Assembly: GCF_000315625.1 (NCBI RefSeq) | Contig: NW_005434668.1 | Span: 750,533-814,532, forward strand | Reading direction: 5' to 3' | Origin: Guillardia theta CCMP2712 | Lineage: Eukaryota; Protista; Cryptophyta | DNA length: 64,000 bases | Notes under the pieces: generated by a model | Told to the model about the DNA's origin: nothing | What the model saw: the letters and a program-made list of their open reading frames with translations, nothing else | The model's database searches: none | Shown here: one piece after another, positions 10,653 through 23,121 of the stretch | How positions within the stretch are numbered: the first letter of the stretch is position 1 | Layout: each line of letters starts with the position of its first letter | Translations under genes and position numbers: made by a program

Positions 10653-13275
10653 CTACAGGCCAGGAGGACGAGACATCCAGCCTGCAATTAGCGTCACCTC
10701 AGAGGAGCAAGTGAGACCTTGTTCGTTACCGGACGAGGAGGAGACGCCTGAGGTAGTCAGGGGCTCTCCCAAGAAGTCGCACTGGCTGTTGGCCGGAGCT
10801 GAGCTCAAGCTTGCCGAGTGGGACGAGTTCGACGACCACGTGTGCATCAAGCAAGAATCGTCCTCGCCCCCCAGCAGCGACCCAGCAGGAACTCCTCGTA
10901 TCTGACGCAACGTCACCCTCTAAAACCTGGTCGATCACTTCTCACCTTTCCCAGCTCGGACTCCAGCTCGGCCGTCCGCAGCCTCAGGTTCCCTGACACA
11001 GCGTCACGCTGACCACAGCAAGTCCTCGTGTATCGTCTGTCACCTAACTCCTCGTCCCGCCGCTGCAGCTGCGTCGCCAGCTCCCCCCTCTCCTTGATCA
11101 ACGCCATGCTGAACTGCCGGAGGTGCAGAACTTCCTCTTGCAGCATGTGAATCTGTAGCCGGCACTCCGAGATGTCAAAGTGAATGCCCTCGGGCACGCT
11201 CCCACCGTTAGGACGCAGCGTGGGCTGCATCATCTTGTGCTCCGAGGAAGGGCCGGCCACAGACGAGTCAGCGTGAGGCCTCACCATTCGGCTCGAACTG
11301 CCGGACATCTGCTTGCAGTCATCGAAATCCAGCGACTCGGCCTCGTCCGACATCATCTTGTGGAGCATCTCCCACACGTCCTGCTCCGCTCCCCCTGCTG
11401 GCTCCTTGTAGTCGCCAGGGAGGATGCACATGTCCTCCAGCTCTAGCGTGTCATCTTGCTGCAGGTCGTTGAGGCTCGAGGAAGGAGCAGCAGCGCTGCC
11501 TGACGGCTTCCCATCGATGTCGTTGAGGGGAGGCAGCGGCGGCTTGTTGTTCATGGCTGTCGGAGCCTTGGACGAGACCTCCTTGGGATGGGAGGAAGGT
11601 GCGACCTTGCTCGAGCTCTTGGTGGTGGAAGTCGAGCTGTTCCCTTGCTCGAGATCATCGGGGTCTGCAGCCTCTGTCACTCCACTGATGTCGCAGTCCA
11701 ACCCCTGGCGACGTCAAGTCATGGAACATGCACAAAACCCTGTGGGTGACATCATCATTCACCTGTAGCAGGTTGTTCCTCTTCTCTTCCAAATCTTTGA
11801 TTTCTGCTTTATACTGGGCCATCAGCCCTTCTTCCGTGGAGTACCTGTGCTCAGCCTGCAGCAGAGCCAGGCGCTTCTCTACCGCCTTGAGCTTCCGGTG
11901 CGGCCACTGCTTGATCCCCATCTTCCTGCAGACCTTCTTGATCGCAGTGGCACAGACTCCGAGTTTTTTCGCCGCGTCGTTCAGCGGGAGATTGAAGTGC
12001 TTCCTCAGGGTCGCCGCGTTCAGAACTATGGGAGCCGCGTGAGCGTCAGAGTCCAGCTCGGGTCTTCCACCGAGAGCTTGCTTACCACCCTGCGAACAAG
12101 CAGATCAGACATTGCTAAGATGCTTCGATTGTGCTCACCTGGCCCACACTCCTTCTCTTCAGCCTTGGTCTGACTTCCATACTTTGATCTTCATCCTCTG
12201 GAATCATCTCACGTTTGATTCCAGTGGATGAAGCTCTGTCCTTTCCCCCCTCCTCTGCCTCCACAGCGCCTTGCGATCCATTCTGTCTCCGCTGCTCCGC
12301 TGCCTTGTGCCTCTGGCTCAAGGCAGCGACCTGCATCTCTTCCAAACTATCCAGCAACTGTAGATTGCATTCTTCGCAAGGGAACCTTTGTCTCGGGACT
12401 TGAGGATTGGCATTTCTAGCGGCACATGCCTTGCATTGTTTCACCCCTGATTGCCCCTCTGGGAAGTATCGATCCAAGAAGGATGAGAGTAGAGTATCAA
12501 CTTTGATTGTTTCGAGGTCCAATATCTGATCTTTCCGACAAACAGGGCAAGATGTCTGGCAGAAATAAGAAGCGGCCGAAACGCATTTCATGCAAAAGCG
12601 ATGGCCACAAGAAAGAACCACCGGGTTGCAGAGGATCCCAAGGCAAATGGGACAAGAATAGTTCTCTGGGAGAGGCTTCAGTTTCGTGGTCCGGAACATG
12701 ATTTCTGAGGCGAGAACTTCGACATCCGTGATCAGAGCACTGAAATGAGGGGAGTTGTAGAAATGCTTCTTGTGGACTGTGTTCACCATCTCCCATTGCA
12801 GCTGCTTTGTGATACCCTCCTGCTTGTCATGCTTCTTGGTGATCTTGACGACCGCAAGTGTATTGATCATCACAAACTTGCGCATGTTGTCAACTTTCGC
12901 AGAGAAATGCAACAGTGCTTGAATGATTTCTCCTGCATCCGTGCCTTCTAGCGCCGACACCAACTTGTCAAGATGGAGGTGGCCGTTGATTCCCTTGGCA
13001 GACTGCGCTTTCTCCCACGCCGGCTCCAGGGGTGTCTGCGTGACCTTCTGACAGAGCGATCGGAACTCGGCGTACAGCTCCGACTCCTTCGAAATGAAGA
13101 ATCGATCCACCTTGTCGATCTCGGCTAAGATCGACGCTGTGAATTGTTCGTCCTCCGGTGCGCTCGCGCCATTCGCCACGAGTGCCTTGAGGAGGTGCTT
13201 CAACCCCTTGTAGTCCACGTACTGATCGTTCCATTGCTCCACTGCCTCGGACCTGATCCGCTTACCGAACTTCAT
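10653..13275 (-). CDS. SPX + RING(C3HC4) + RWP-RK fusion protein (~800 aa)
   Basis: Exon 1 (13275-12139) has SPX MKFGKRI...YVDYKGLKHLLK...NTLAVVKITKKHDK and RING CPIC...CGHRFCMKC...CPVCRK. After a 49-nt phase-0 intron, exon 2 (12089-11763) has LRKHFNLPLNDAAKKLGVCATAIKKVCRKMGIKQWPHRKLK (RWP-RK). Exon 3 (11704-11044) is low-complexity plus coiled coil; further short exons run to the stop at 10653. Confidence 0.88.
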
Positions 13276-14639
13276 ACCTTATAGCGAGGATACTCGCAGC
13301 CTCTCTATGAAAGCCGATGACAACAATCAAGGTCCTCCTTGACTAATAGGTAGAAATGACTCCGAGTTCTCGCCAGAATCAAACAGGCATGAGGTAGTCT
13401 CTGTCCCCAGGAAAATGAAAAGAGGCTGAAAGCGACTTCAACAAAGACTTCGTCCTTTTGCTGAATGAGTCTTCTTGATCCTCGACTACAGCAATAGAAA
13501 ACTATCATTAGTATCGATCACTCCACCAGAGACACAAGAACACGACAATACATGAGAAAATTCTTTCGTAGGCATTGCGTGTTGTTATTAAGAGTTCGTT
13601 AGCAGACTTTCTTTGGGGATTGCAACCATCCATCTTTTCAGATCGAAGGAAAGAAGACATCTCCTTGTTATGCGCTGACTACCCAACAATGCGGGATCAG
13701 GAATCAACTACTTCAGATTTTGGCTACTTGAACGGCCCTCCTCGCAGTACCCTAAGCTGCCCTCAGCTGCCCTCATTGAGCTACCCTCAGCCACCCACTT
13801 CCCCCAAAGCTGTTGTTCCCTTGAATTGCACTCTTGTCTAGAGAAATGTAGTGTAATACCTTAGTTGATCATCAACCCATTCCTCAACCAACAACTTGAC
13901 TCCATTTCAACTGCTTTCGTGTGCATTCTTATTAACTCTTCCTCTTTCATGTTATCCTATGCATCTCCATCCACTGATCTGTAATCAAAAGACATCATCG
14001 CTCTATCAACGTTGTCCATACAATTGTTCTCCTCTTTTGCATCTTACTGCTTTCGTCTCCTTTGTCCGTTCATTGGGGGAAACCAAACCACGAGACCAAT
14101 GTTTAGTTGGTCACCAAGTGCAATCTATCCTTCACCTTTTTCTGCTGTTTTGTTAGTGACCTACATCTCATATCCTACATACTCATCGCTTCCCTCACTT
14201 TCATGCCTCTATCCGTCTTCTTTCCTTCCTCTTCCTCTTTCCATTGCCCATAGCCTGCTGTCCAGCCGCCATTGCTACCCCCCGTTTAAGAAGTATTTTA
14301 AAATGTGTACATTAAAAGTTAAAAGTAGAAAGAGATCGAAAAATACTTTAACATAAATATTTAAAGCGAATTCTTTGTACCCTCTAAACAGCCATCGAAG
14401 ACAAGTCTATTTACATGATCAAAGTTGGTAGTGTCGCGAGAGTTTTAAAATCTCAGGGGTTGTCCGATCACTTTCTGCTCAATCTTTAAAACGAAAATTA
14501 CATCACTTTTAAGGACGTGATACCTACCAGATTGACCAATTTAAGTTTTATATTCTACCATAACAGTTGTATATATACATGTTGAATCTAAATCATTGTA
14601 GATGTAAAACAAGCTGAGCCGTGATCTCGAGATTTCCTC

Positions 14640-15130
14640 GGTAACCCTACCCCGGGAAAGTCCCTGCACGTGATTATGATGACAGGGGTATGTGGGTGAT
14701 AAGGTTTTTAGAAACCACACCCCACCGTCCTGCCCCATACCCCCCGTAGGTTACCCACCGGTCATACTACCCCATCATTAGAGCTGAACTACCCCACCAT
14801 TCGCCCACTCGACTTCCTTGACTGGAATGAAATATGGCACGTCCTTGCAAGGGACGCGGAAAGGGATGGGTAGGGGTGGTCAGGGGGTTTGTGTTGCAAG
14901 ATAGGATAATAGATAGGGAGAGATAGGGGTGATACCCATGGGGGTGGGATATTGAAGGCCTCGACTCCTGGGTCAGGGGGTAGGGTACGACGATCTCCAT
15001 GGAGGAGGCACGGGGTGGGTTTCATAGGCTTAAGGTGGGGTTTGGGGGGGTGAGGTAGCGGGTGATCATGGTAGCCCCTCACAAAGCATTTGAGGGATCG
15101 ACGGGGGGTGGGGTAGTTGGGAACACGGGG
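14640..15130. repeat. Polarised ACCC/GGGT intergenic block
   Basis: C-run motifs (taccc) at about 14640-14810 switch to G-run motifs (gggta, ggggt) at about 14860-15130. Confidence 0.5.
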
Positions 15131-15168
15131 TCGATTGGAGTCGTAGAGGAGGGGCGTTGCAACACCTG

Positions 15169-15280
15169 GAAACTAAACCGGGTCAAATGTGGACAAGAAC
15201 TAAACCAAACCGATCTTAGATAGAAAGAACTAAACCGGGCGGAGGGACGGGATGAATTAGATGAGAACTAAACCGGGCCG
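15169..15280 (+). repeat. Four spaced copies of AACTAAACC(GGG)
   Basis: Copies start at 15171, 15198, 15228 and 15266; three are followed by GGG. Confidence 0.75.
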
Positions 15281-15753
15281 AAGATGCCCGGCCGGACTCC
15301 CGGCTCCACTCAACCAAAGCGATCCAACGCAGTACGGCATGGATGGCGACCGGCGTTGGGCGAGAGCGCGAGGAGATGAGAGGGACAGAGAGAGGGACAG
15401 AGAGCAGGTAAAAGCATGCTTACATGTGCTTGTACTCTTCTCATAATCATGGTACTCGTGGTTCTGTGGTTTCTCTTAGTTCTTTACGTTGATGATAGTA
15501 ATTACTAATTCTATCCAGATGTTTGGTTCTGAAGGGCTCCCTTTGAAGTTGTGTGAGATGCTCTATCCCTCCAGCTCCTCTGACTGAGTGACCAGGGATG
15601 AGCACCGATCAAGGCGGCACTCGCATGCAGCTGCATCCCGGTAGCTCAGTGCTCGAATGAGGATGCAATATATTCGCTGAAGCACCTCAGGAGGCAACGG
15701 AGCCCTTCAACTGAGAGTTCTCGATCGAGCTCGAGGTGTAGACCATCTTTCTG

Positions 15754-16941
15754 TCAGGTTTGATGAGCGTATTCTCTGATCCCCACGAGCAGGTCTTCCT
15801 CCTCGACGTCATACAGCGATGATTCGTCGTCGTCGATGTCCAGCACAAGTTCATCCTCTAGCGACTCAGCCAGGAGAAGGAAGAAAGACAGGAAGAAGAG
15901 GCACAGCGGCGACAAGAGATCGAAGAAGAGCAAGGAGAAGAAGAAGAGCAAAGAGAAGAAGAAGAGCAAAGGGAAGTCAAGATCTAAAGGGAAGGAACGA
16001 AAGGAGAAATCGAGGGAGAGGAAGTGGCGGGATGACAGTGATCTCCCCAACGACCCGAGCAAGCGGGAGGAGCGGGCGAGACATTTACAAGCGCAACTCC
16101 TCCCAAGAACAGCTGCGAACATGATCCAGAAAGTTTTCCGTGGCCATTCCGTCAGGACATGGACAAATAGGAAGATCCGAGAGATGAGGGTTTTAAGGAA
16201 AGATCTGACGAGGTACATCATGACTGAGATCCTTCACGATGTGCTGGAGAAGGAGTTTGTTCCAGACATCTTAGTTGAGATTGTGACCTCCATGTCTCCT
16301 GAGGTGTTTGCTCCCCATCCAGCATGGCTGAGAGATCAGCTCGCGGCCGCCGAAAAGATAACCAAGGAGACAGTGACTAAGTTGATCCGAGAGGTGGTTC
16401 GGGAGACCTTCAACGACCTGGTGAACGAGTACCTTGTGAAAGAGAGGATGGAGCAGAAAAAGAAGGGCTCCAAGAGCGATCAGCTTGCTCTCTACGTGGA
16501 CTTGGAGATCGTGCAGCCAGTGCTGAAGCCGATCCTGCTCACCTTGGCGCGTGAGGTAGCAACCCGAGCCCTGGTTTGGCTTCTTCTGACAACCCTCGAA
16601 AGTGCGTGAAGGAGGCTGCGCAAGAGTATCTGCTGTCCCGCTGGATCTCCGACATGGCAAGCGCGCTGCTTCTCTGACGGCCGTCCTGACATGTTGGACC
16701 GACCAGATTGAGTTCATGTCCAATGACAGCATCCGAGAGGTGGCGCAGAAGACGTTGAGCGAGATACAGGAGGAGAGGGCTATGGAGGGGATGTGCAAGG
16801 CGAGTAGAAGGAGGTGGTTGGGGGAGAAAGCCAGGACTGATCGAAGAGGCTGCAGGTCGTGGTGGCACAGATATGTAAGGAGGTGGCTGTGGAGATTCAA
16901 GCAGATCTTGCTGTCATCGAGAAGGAGAAGAGAGAAGCGGT

Positions 16942-16995
<54 letters not shown>

Positions 16996-17611
16996 TTGGT
17001 GTTTTGTCTTTTGACATGTCCGCAGCTGGTGAAGCAGGAGATGTTCCAACTCTCCTTCAAGATCCTCGATGCTGCACTGATGCGACAGCTCATTGACAGG
17101 TGACCACCCCCCCCCCCCCCCTTCCCCACTCTGTCTCCCTCTTGCTCTCACTTTGCCTCCCTCATCCTCTCCCTGCGTGTCTCCCTCCCTTCCCTGCCAT
17201 TGTTCCATCTCTTCTCTCAGCTCCCCTTTCCCCTCCTTCCATCCGACGTCTGTGGATTCAGAATCGCTACTGGAGGAGAGAAGGCGGTGGTCCAGCAGTA
17301 CACTGAGAGGACGATGGATCGGCTGCTGTACAGGTAGGGAGGAGGGAGCTACTCCGCATCTGATGCCTCGCATAGTCTGATGCTCCGCCGCGCGCTCAAG
17401 TCAGATATACTCATCCAGTCGTTTCAAACCAACTTCGCCAAGAGGTGAAGGGGAGGAGGACGAAGGAGGAGGACGACGAAGACGAGGAGGCAGTGATGTT
17501 GTTGTCAGGTATCTCATGCACAAGATCATGTCACAGCTCCTCGTTGATCAGCTGACCGGAGACCTGACGTGGCTTGAGGGCGTCTACGAGGAGGAACAAG
17601 AGGAGAGCTGA
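15754..17611 (+). CDS. Hypothetical protein: Ser/Lys-rich N-terminus, IQ-motif-like segment, helical C-terminus
   Basis: ORF 15836-16609 has a KKSKEKKK tract and AANMIQKVFRGHSVR (IQxxxRGxxxR). Downstream exons run to ...WLEGVYEEEQEES* near 17611. The 5' end is uncertain. Confidence 0.6.
16944..16994 (+). repeat. (CAG)17 microsatellite, intronic
   Basis: Directly follows the splice donor gcg|gtaa; the intron ends at gtccgcag near 17026. Confidence 0.9.
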
Positions 17612-17795
17612 AGGTTGTGAGATGTATAGTTGACTCGTGTAAAGTACATAGTCGCCTGACTGCGTTAAAAAGAGAGAAGATCAGCTAAGTTCGCTTCTAG
17701 TCCTCTACTGCTACTGCTCTGTTAGTTCTACTTCTGCTATTTACATCCTTGCCACTGCTCTCACTCTTGCTGTAGCGCTCACTCTCGCTCTCGCT

Positions 17796-20700
17796 CTAGT
17801 TCTGGTCGCTCGCCTCCCAACTCTGGTCATCTTCGTCCTCATCAACCCCCCGCAACGACACGAGGATCGCCTCTAGTGCCGCCGCGTCCACTACGATGGC
17901 GTCCTGACCGTAGTATGTGCTCCATGCATACTTCCAGTCCTGCGACAGGTTGAGATGCTCTCAGGGTCCTCCTGCCCTCCACCTGCCGCCAGAACCCCTC
18001 GGGATCGGTGAAGGCGATGGCAGGATAGCTGAGATGAGGAGGAAGCAGCTCATCTGGCGAACAGCCTCGTGGAGGCCCACAGGATTCGCCCTGAGCGGGG
18101 GGGAGAGAGAGAGCAGAGAAAGAGAAGATGAGAGACAAGGAAGTAGGAGAGGGGAGGGAGGAGGAGAGGGGAGGGAGGAGGGAGGAAGAGGGAGACAGGA
18201 GACAGGAAGAGACAAGGAGAGAATACGCCACAAACTTGTCAGATAGATCTCTTGATTAGATGCAGGAGTAAGATATTACCTTGAGGGTGTAGATGTTGTT
18301 CTTGAAGAAACGATGGCAGTGAATCGATCTGTATTCCCCTGGACCTGAAGAGGGAAGTCAGCAAGGAAGGCGCTGGGGTAACAGGGGATACCGTAGCGAA
18401 TAGCGTTCTCGAACTCCCTGCCTCCTTTGTACCCGACCTGGGCGGCAACGTAAGCTGGAGTCAGAGAAGTTGATCGGAGGAAGTGTAGTCAGCAGGGAGC
18501 GGGACAAGTGATCAGGGGGGAGAGGCGGGGAGGAGAGGAGAGGAGAGAGAGGAGGAGAGGAGAGACGAGAAGAGAAGAGAAGAGTGAACAGGAGGAAAGG
18601 AAATGAGGGTAGAGGAGGAGAGCAGGAGAGGAGCATGTGAACTCACTCCGAAGGGGAAGATTTGAATTCCTGCCGCTCCTCTCCTCATCCAAAGAGCATT
18701 CCAAAGGCCCGTGCCAGTGACGCCAACCTAAAGCAGGTGAGCAGGAGACAGAGAGGGGACTGAAGCTACCAAGGCATCGACGTCCTGCACAACCTCGACC
18801 TGGGAAACGGAGGTGAGGTGAGGCAGATGGACAAGGAAGAGATGATAGTTAGAAACAAAGAGGGAGGTGGTGGAAAAAGAAGGAGAGGAGACACTCTTGC
18901 AAACTAGAAAGATGCAGAAACTGGTGGAGAATCAAGGAAGAAAAGTGGAAAGAGGAAGGACGGGAGGGAGAAGAGTTTGAGGAAGAACTTCGGGCGGGGT
19001 AGGAGAGGCACCTGCTCTACTAGGCTCATCTTCTCAAACTCGATGATCATGACGCGAGAGTTGAGAGACTCGACGGATCGAACAAGCTGGTCCAGGTTGA
19101 AGATGCCCCTCCTCGACGTAAGCTCCTCCGAGCGATGAACGAAGGCCACCACCCTCTCGCCTCCGCTCTTCCTCCTCCTCCCCGCAGTCTCCACGAACTT
19201 CAGGACCCTGCTCCTCAACATCTGCACATCTCTGTAGTTGGGGATGGGAGAGCTAGTCTTGTCCTCCTTCACAGTCTCCTCCGTGGCAAACATGTTCATC
19301 CCATCCGATAGACCGACCACCAGCTGGCGGAAGCAGACGCGTCGCCCAGCTGTGCGCAGGGTGCTGAAGGTGAACCATGGATGGTTGGAGAGGGTAGAGA
19401 GGAGGAACGAGAACTTTTTGAGGCTCTTGTCAGCGTCGATCACGTCTGAGATCAGGATGACGTCATCAAACACACTTTCCTCTAGGTTCTGCTGGTCTGA
19501 CCCGCTGAACGTCAAGATGGTGTGGAAGAGCGCGAAAAACGTCTCGTGCAAGAGATGCCCGTATTGCATGATGTTCAACACCCCAAACATGTAGGCATCT
19601 TTTGCGATGAACAAGTCACACTGCTGCTCTGCTTGCCGCCTCACGTGCTCGACGGGAACAGCAAAGTGCCATTGCGGGCAGCACTGGAGGGCATGAACGA
19701 GGAGGAGCCTTGGAGGAAGGGAGCTGACTTCCGCGCCGTCCCCTCCGTCCACCTCAATCCTCCCATGCAGCGCGTCTCGGACATACTCAACATGTTCAAA
19801 CTTGCAGTACCTCGTCACTTTCCTCGACGTGCAGTTGTAAAAGGAGAATCGCCTCCCCGGGCTCGGAGCGCCTGCAATGCGTAGGAACATGCTGGTTCTT
19901 GCCATCCAACCTTCCTCCTCCTGCACGGGAGACCCTGAGCGCTGATCGCCGTCCTCCAGAAACCTCACAAAGAAGAGCATCTTTGCCGACCACCTCTCAT
20001 GTGATACGCCGCCGTTCATCTGGCTGTATAGGAGCAGTACGACGGGCCGGGTCGGGTTGTAGTGCTGGACTGTGGCAAGACGCTGCAAGTTCAGAACCTG
20101 GTGGCAGGTAGAGCGGAGAGGATGGTCAGCTAGCCTGCAGTCAGAGGGGGAGAGAGAGGTCTCGAAGTAAGAGGAAGCGTGATCCTTGTCGTACAGCATG
20201 ACACCGACGCTCCTCCCCTGCTCGCTGAAAACAGCCGCGTCAACCTCAACAACTAGGTCAAGCACCATCGAGGACGTAGACTCCATCATCGTGGGAGAGA
20301 GGATGTGTAACTTCTTCTCCTCCTCCTCCAGCCAAGGAATCTTCTCCTCCTCGCAGCTGCAGGAGGCTGCCCACACCAAATGCACCAGACGTGTGCTCCA
20401 CCTGCTCAGGAGCCAGTCTGCGCCTGCGCTGTCCTGCCGCCACTCGAGCAACTCGGGCTGCAAGGCATTGTCGGGGCTCAGGAGGGTCTGGACGTGGAGG
20501 GGAGAAGTCCACCACGTGTGGTGTGACAGGGCGAGGAGAGGAGAGACGAGGAGGCTGTCAGCACAGACGTCGGCGCCATCCTGAAGGGCCTCGATGCAGG
20601 GGATCGGGTCGGTCAAGATTTTCCAGTCATGCGCGCGATGGAAGGAGGAGCGAGAGTGAAGGTGATAGGTACCTATGGTGGTTGAAAACAAGAAGGAATC

Positions 20701-23121
20701 TCGTCCGAAGTCTCTAGAAGAGCAGAACTCATGGATCCTGTTGAGAAACTGGTCCTGCGAGTTCAAGAAGCTTCCAACCTGTTCTTCCTGCCTTCTCCTG
20801 ATATCGATGACGGCTGAGACGCTCATATCTGCAATCATGCTCTGCAACAGTATCTCTGCTACATCTGCGAAGGGTCCCACGAGATGAACTTCCAGGCGCT
20901 GCAGCGCCAACATGAGAGGGAGGCGGAGGAGGGTCGAGAGTTTGGAGTGAATCTCCGGATACCAATCAGATCCTTGCGCGAAGACGAGCACAAACCCAAA
21001 GACTTTGATGTCCCCAGCAACATGATGAAATTGTTTTTGAGATCTACATGACTTGAAAGGGACCTCTGAAACATCCGCGTGATATGCTGACCTTCTCACG
21101 ACCTGCAAAGATTTCAACCAGAGCCTGTTCGGGGGCGAGCAAAAGTGTTTGCTGTTCGGCACCCCGATCTCTTCATCATCCTCGCACAAATGATCGAATC
21201 TAACGTGGACATTGCAACAAACATCATGTTGCTCACTGTCAATGCATTGAACATCTCTCTCTCCGGTGTCCTGGCATTGCCAAAGATGAATCTCTTGACC
21301 TGAAGAGAGCAGCGGCCGGAATTTCTCATCGATCAGCCCAACGCTAAGGATACGATGCCTGCATCCCACTTCATGCAAACGGTTCAAACGAACCTCCATC
21401 TCCATTCCCTTCCCTGCACCTGTCAACCTTTCCTTGCCCACTTCCATCCCGTCGAGTTGAACTTGCAGGCTCAGACCCCAGTCGCTCAACGAGCTCTCGC
21501 TCTCCACTCTCACTCTCACCACCAAACCCCCAGCGTCACATTCCTGGGCCCCTCGACACTCAGCAGCATAAAGGTACGAGTGGTTGCGGGGCTCGAGGAC
21601 TTGGATCGAGATCCGGTGGGGCAGGAGCAGCAGGGGCAGCAGACAGGGCATCGGAAGGAAGAAGGAGCCGCGACGAGTCCAAGGTGCGACGCTGATCTCG
21701 TTCCTACCCGGTCGGAGGTGTTCCTTCACTGCATCCAGCCGGACGAAGCTGCTGCCTCTGGCATTCTCTACTCGTACCAATGACGGAGAACCGTTGACAT
21801 GTAACGTCACCTCCAAGAGCGACATCTCCTCGGCAGGAAATCGGAACGCTGCCGCTGAGATGTTCACGTCGACATCTGGCCAGGATCCCACTAGAGAGGT
21901 AGCGACCGTGAGCAGGAGAGGTGCGTCCTGGGGTGACACGGCATGATGCAGGAGGAGGTAGCTCCTCCCGTCCACCACGTTGTTGCCATGCGATTGCGCG
22001 ATTGCGAGGAAACCAACGTCGTGCACCTCAAGTTCGTCTTCGCTCCTGCCTCCACAGAGTGACAACTTCACCGCATGCCTCGAAGGGCCCTCTTGAGTCT
22101 CCCTGTACTTTGAGTTGCGCGAGTTCTCCCCCCAGCAGAGAAGCACATCTTTGACCTCAGTCACCCCGCACGAGTGCAGGTTCCCCGCAAAGATCTCTTT
22201 GAACTTGAGTTGAGGAGGCCTTGCCTGCAGCCTGCGGTCTGATCCCCAGCAGACGACGTTGGGGAGGAAGCTGTCCCGGAGCTCCTCCGAAGTACCCAAC
22301 AGGATCCCGCACGTGTGCATCTCTCCTGCGGCGATCTTGGAAAGTTTGACAAGAGGAGGGTCCGATTGCCCCAAGTACACGCCTTCCAGCTCGCCCGTCC
22401 CTTCGTTCGATCCCCAGCAGACGGCGTCATGCTGGGTGGAGATCGCACACGTGTGGCTGCTCCCACAGCTCACTTCCAGGAAAGGTCCAGCTGGTGGGTG
22501 TGCCTTTCCGCCTTCCTCATCCCCCCAGCAGACGACCTCCTTTGACGTCTTGCGTATCGCACACACATGAGCTGGACCGCAGCTGATCGACTCGAACCCT
22601 CCGTCTACCACTGGAGGCTTCGACATGTCCGAGAACCCCGAGGCCCAGCAGACTGCCGAGCTGTCGTTTGCTCGGACCCCGCAGGTAAAGAAGTCACCGC
22701 AGCAGACGTCGAGGAGCAGCATGTGGTCCGGCACGTCAGTCCACGGGCCGTCCAAGGAGGACACGCTCCGATGACCCTCATCGCTGGGAGCTGCTGAAAG
22801 CCCTATGGACATTATACACTTGGTCTCCCCCGTGCCCAGCCTGTTGCACAAGTGTGTGTCGGAGGACGCTGTCTGGACAAGAAGACCTTCTGTGCGGTAG
22901 CTCATGACGATAGGGACCTTGTTCTCTGGCCAGCACACCAGCATTCTTCGGTCGGTTGCATCAGGCACCAGAGCACAAGTCCTGTCGGAGAGCGAGACGA
23001 GTCTCGACGAGTCGCATGAATCGTTGGAGGATGAACATATGGGAGCTAGCAAGAGAAGATTGATGAGAGCAAAGGTACAAGCGCATCTCGGCGATGTGGC
23101 TGGAAAGCTGTATGCCCCCAT
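17796..23121 (-). CDS. Secreted/luminal multidomain protein: signal peptide, RCC1/BLIP-II-like repeats, C-terminal glycosyltransferase family 61
   Basis: Hydrophobic N-terminus FALINLLLLAPICSS. Repeats xSCGxxHxCAI...VVCWG. GT61 motifs YGHLLHETF, VCFRQLVVG, RRGIFNLDQL, FEKMSLVEQ|VEVVQDVDAL|VGVTGTGLWNALWMRRGAAGIQIFPFG. Last exon ...YYGQDAIVVDAAALEAIL...DQN*. Confidence 0.8.

Noticed and set aside
1563-13275. Kinase + PARN + RING + SPX-RING-RWP-RK as a nutrient-signalling gene cluster
   Set aside because: Adjacency alone is weak evidence in eukaryotes; orientations are mixed and no shared regulatory motif could be shown.
16271-17373. Poly-Cys, poly-Ala and poly-Leu ORFs
   Set aside because: Antisense translations of the intronic (CAG)17 repeat.
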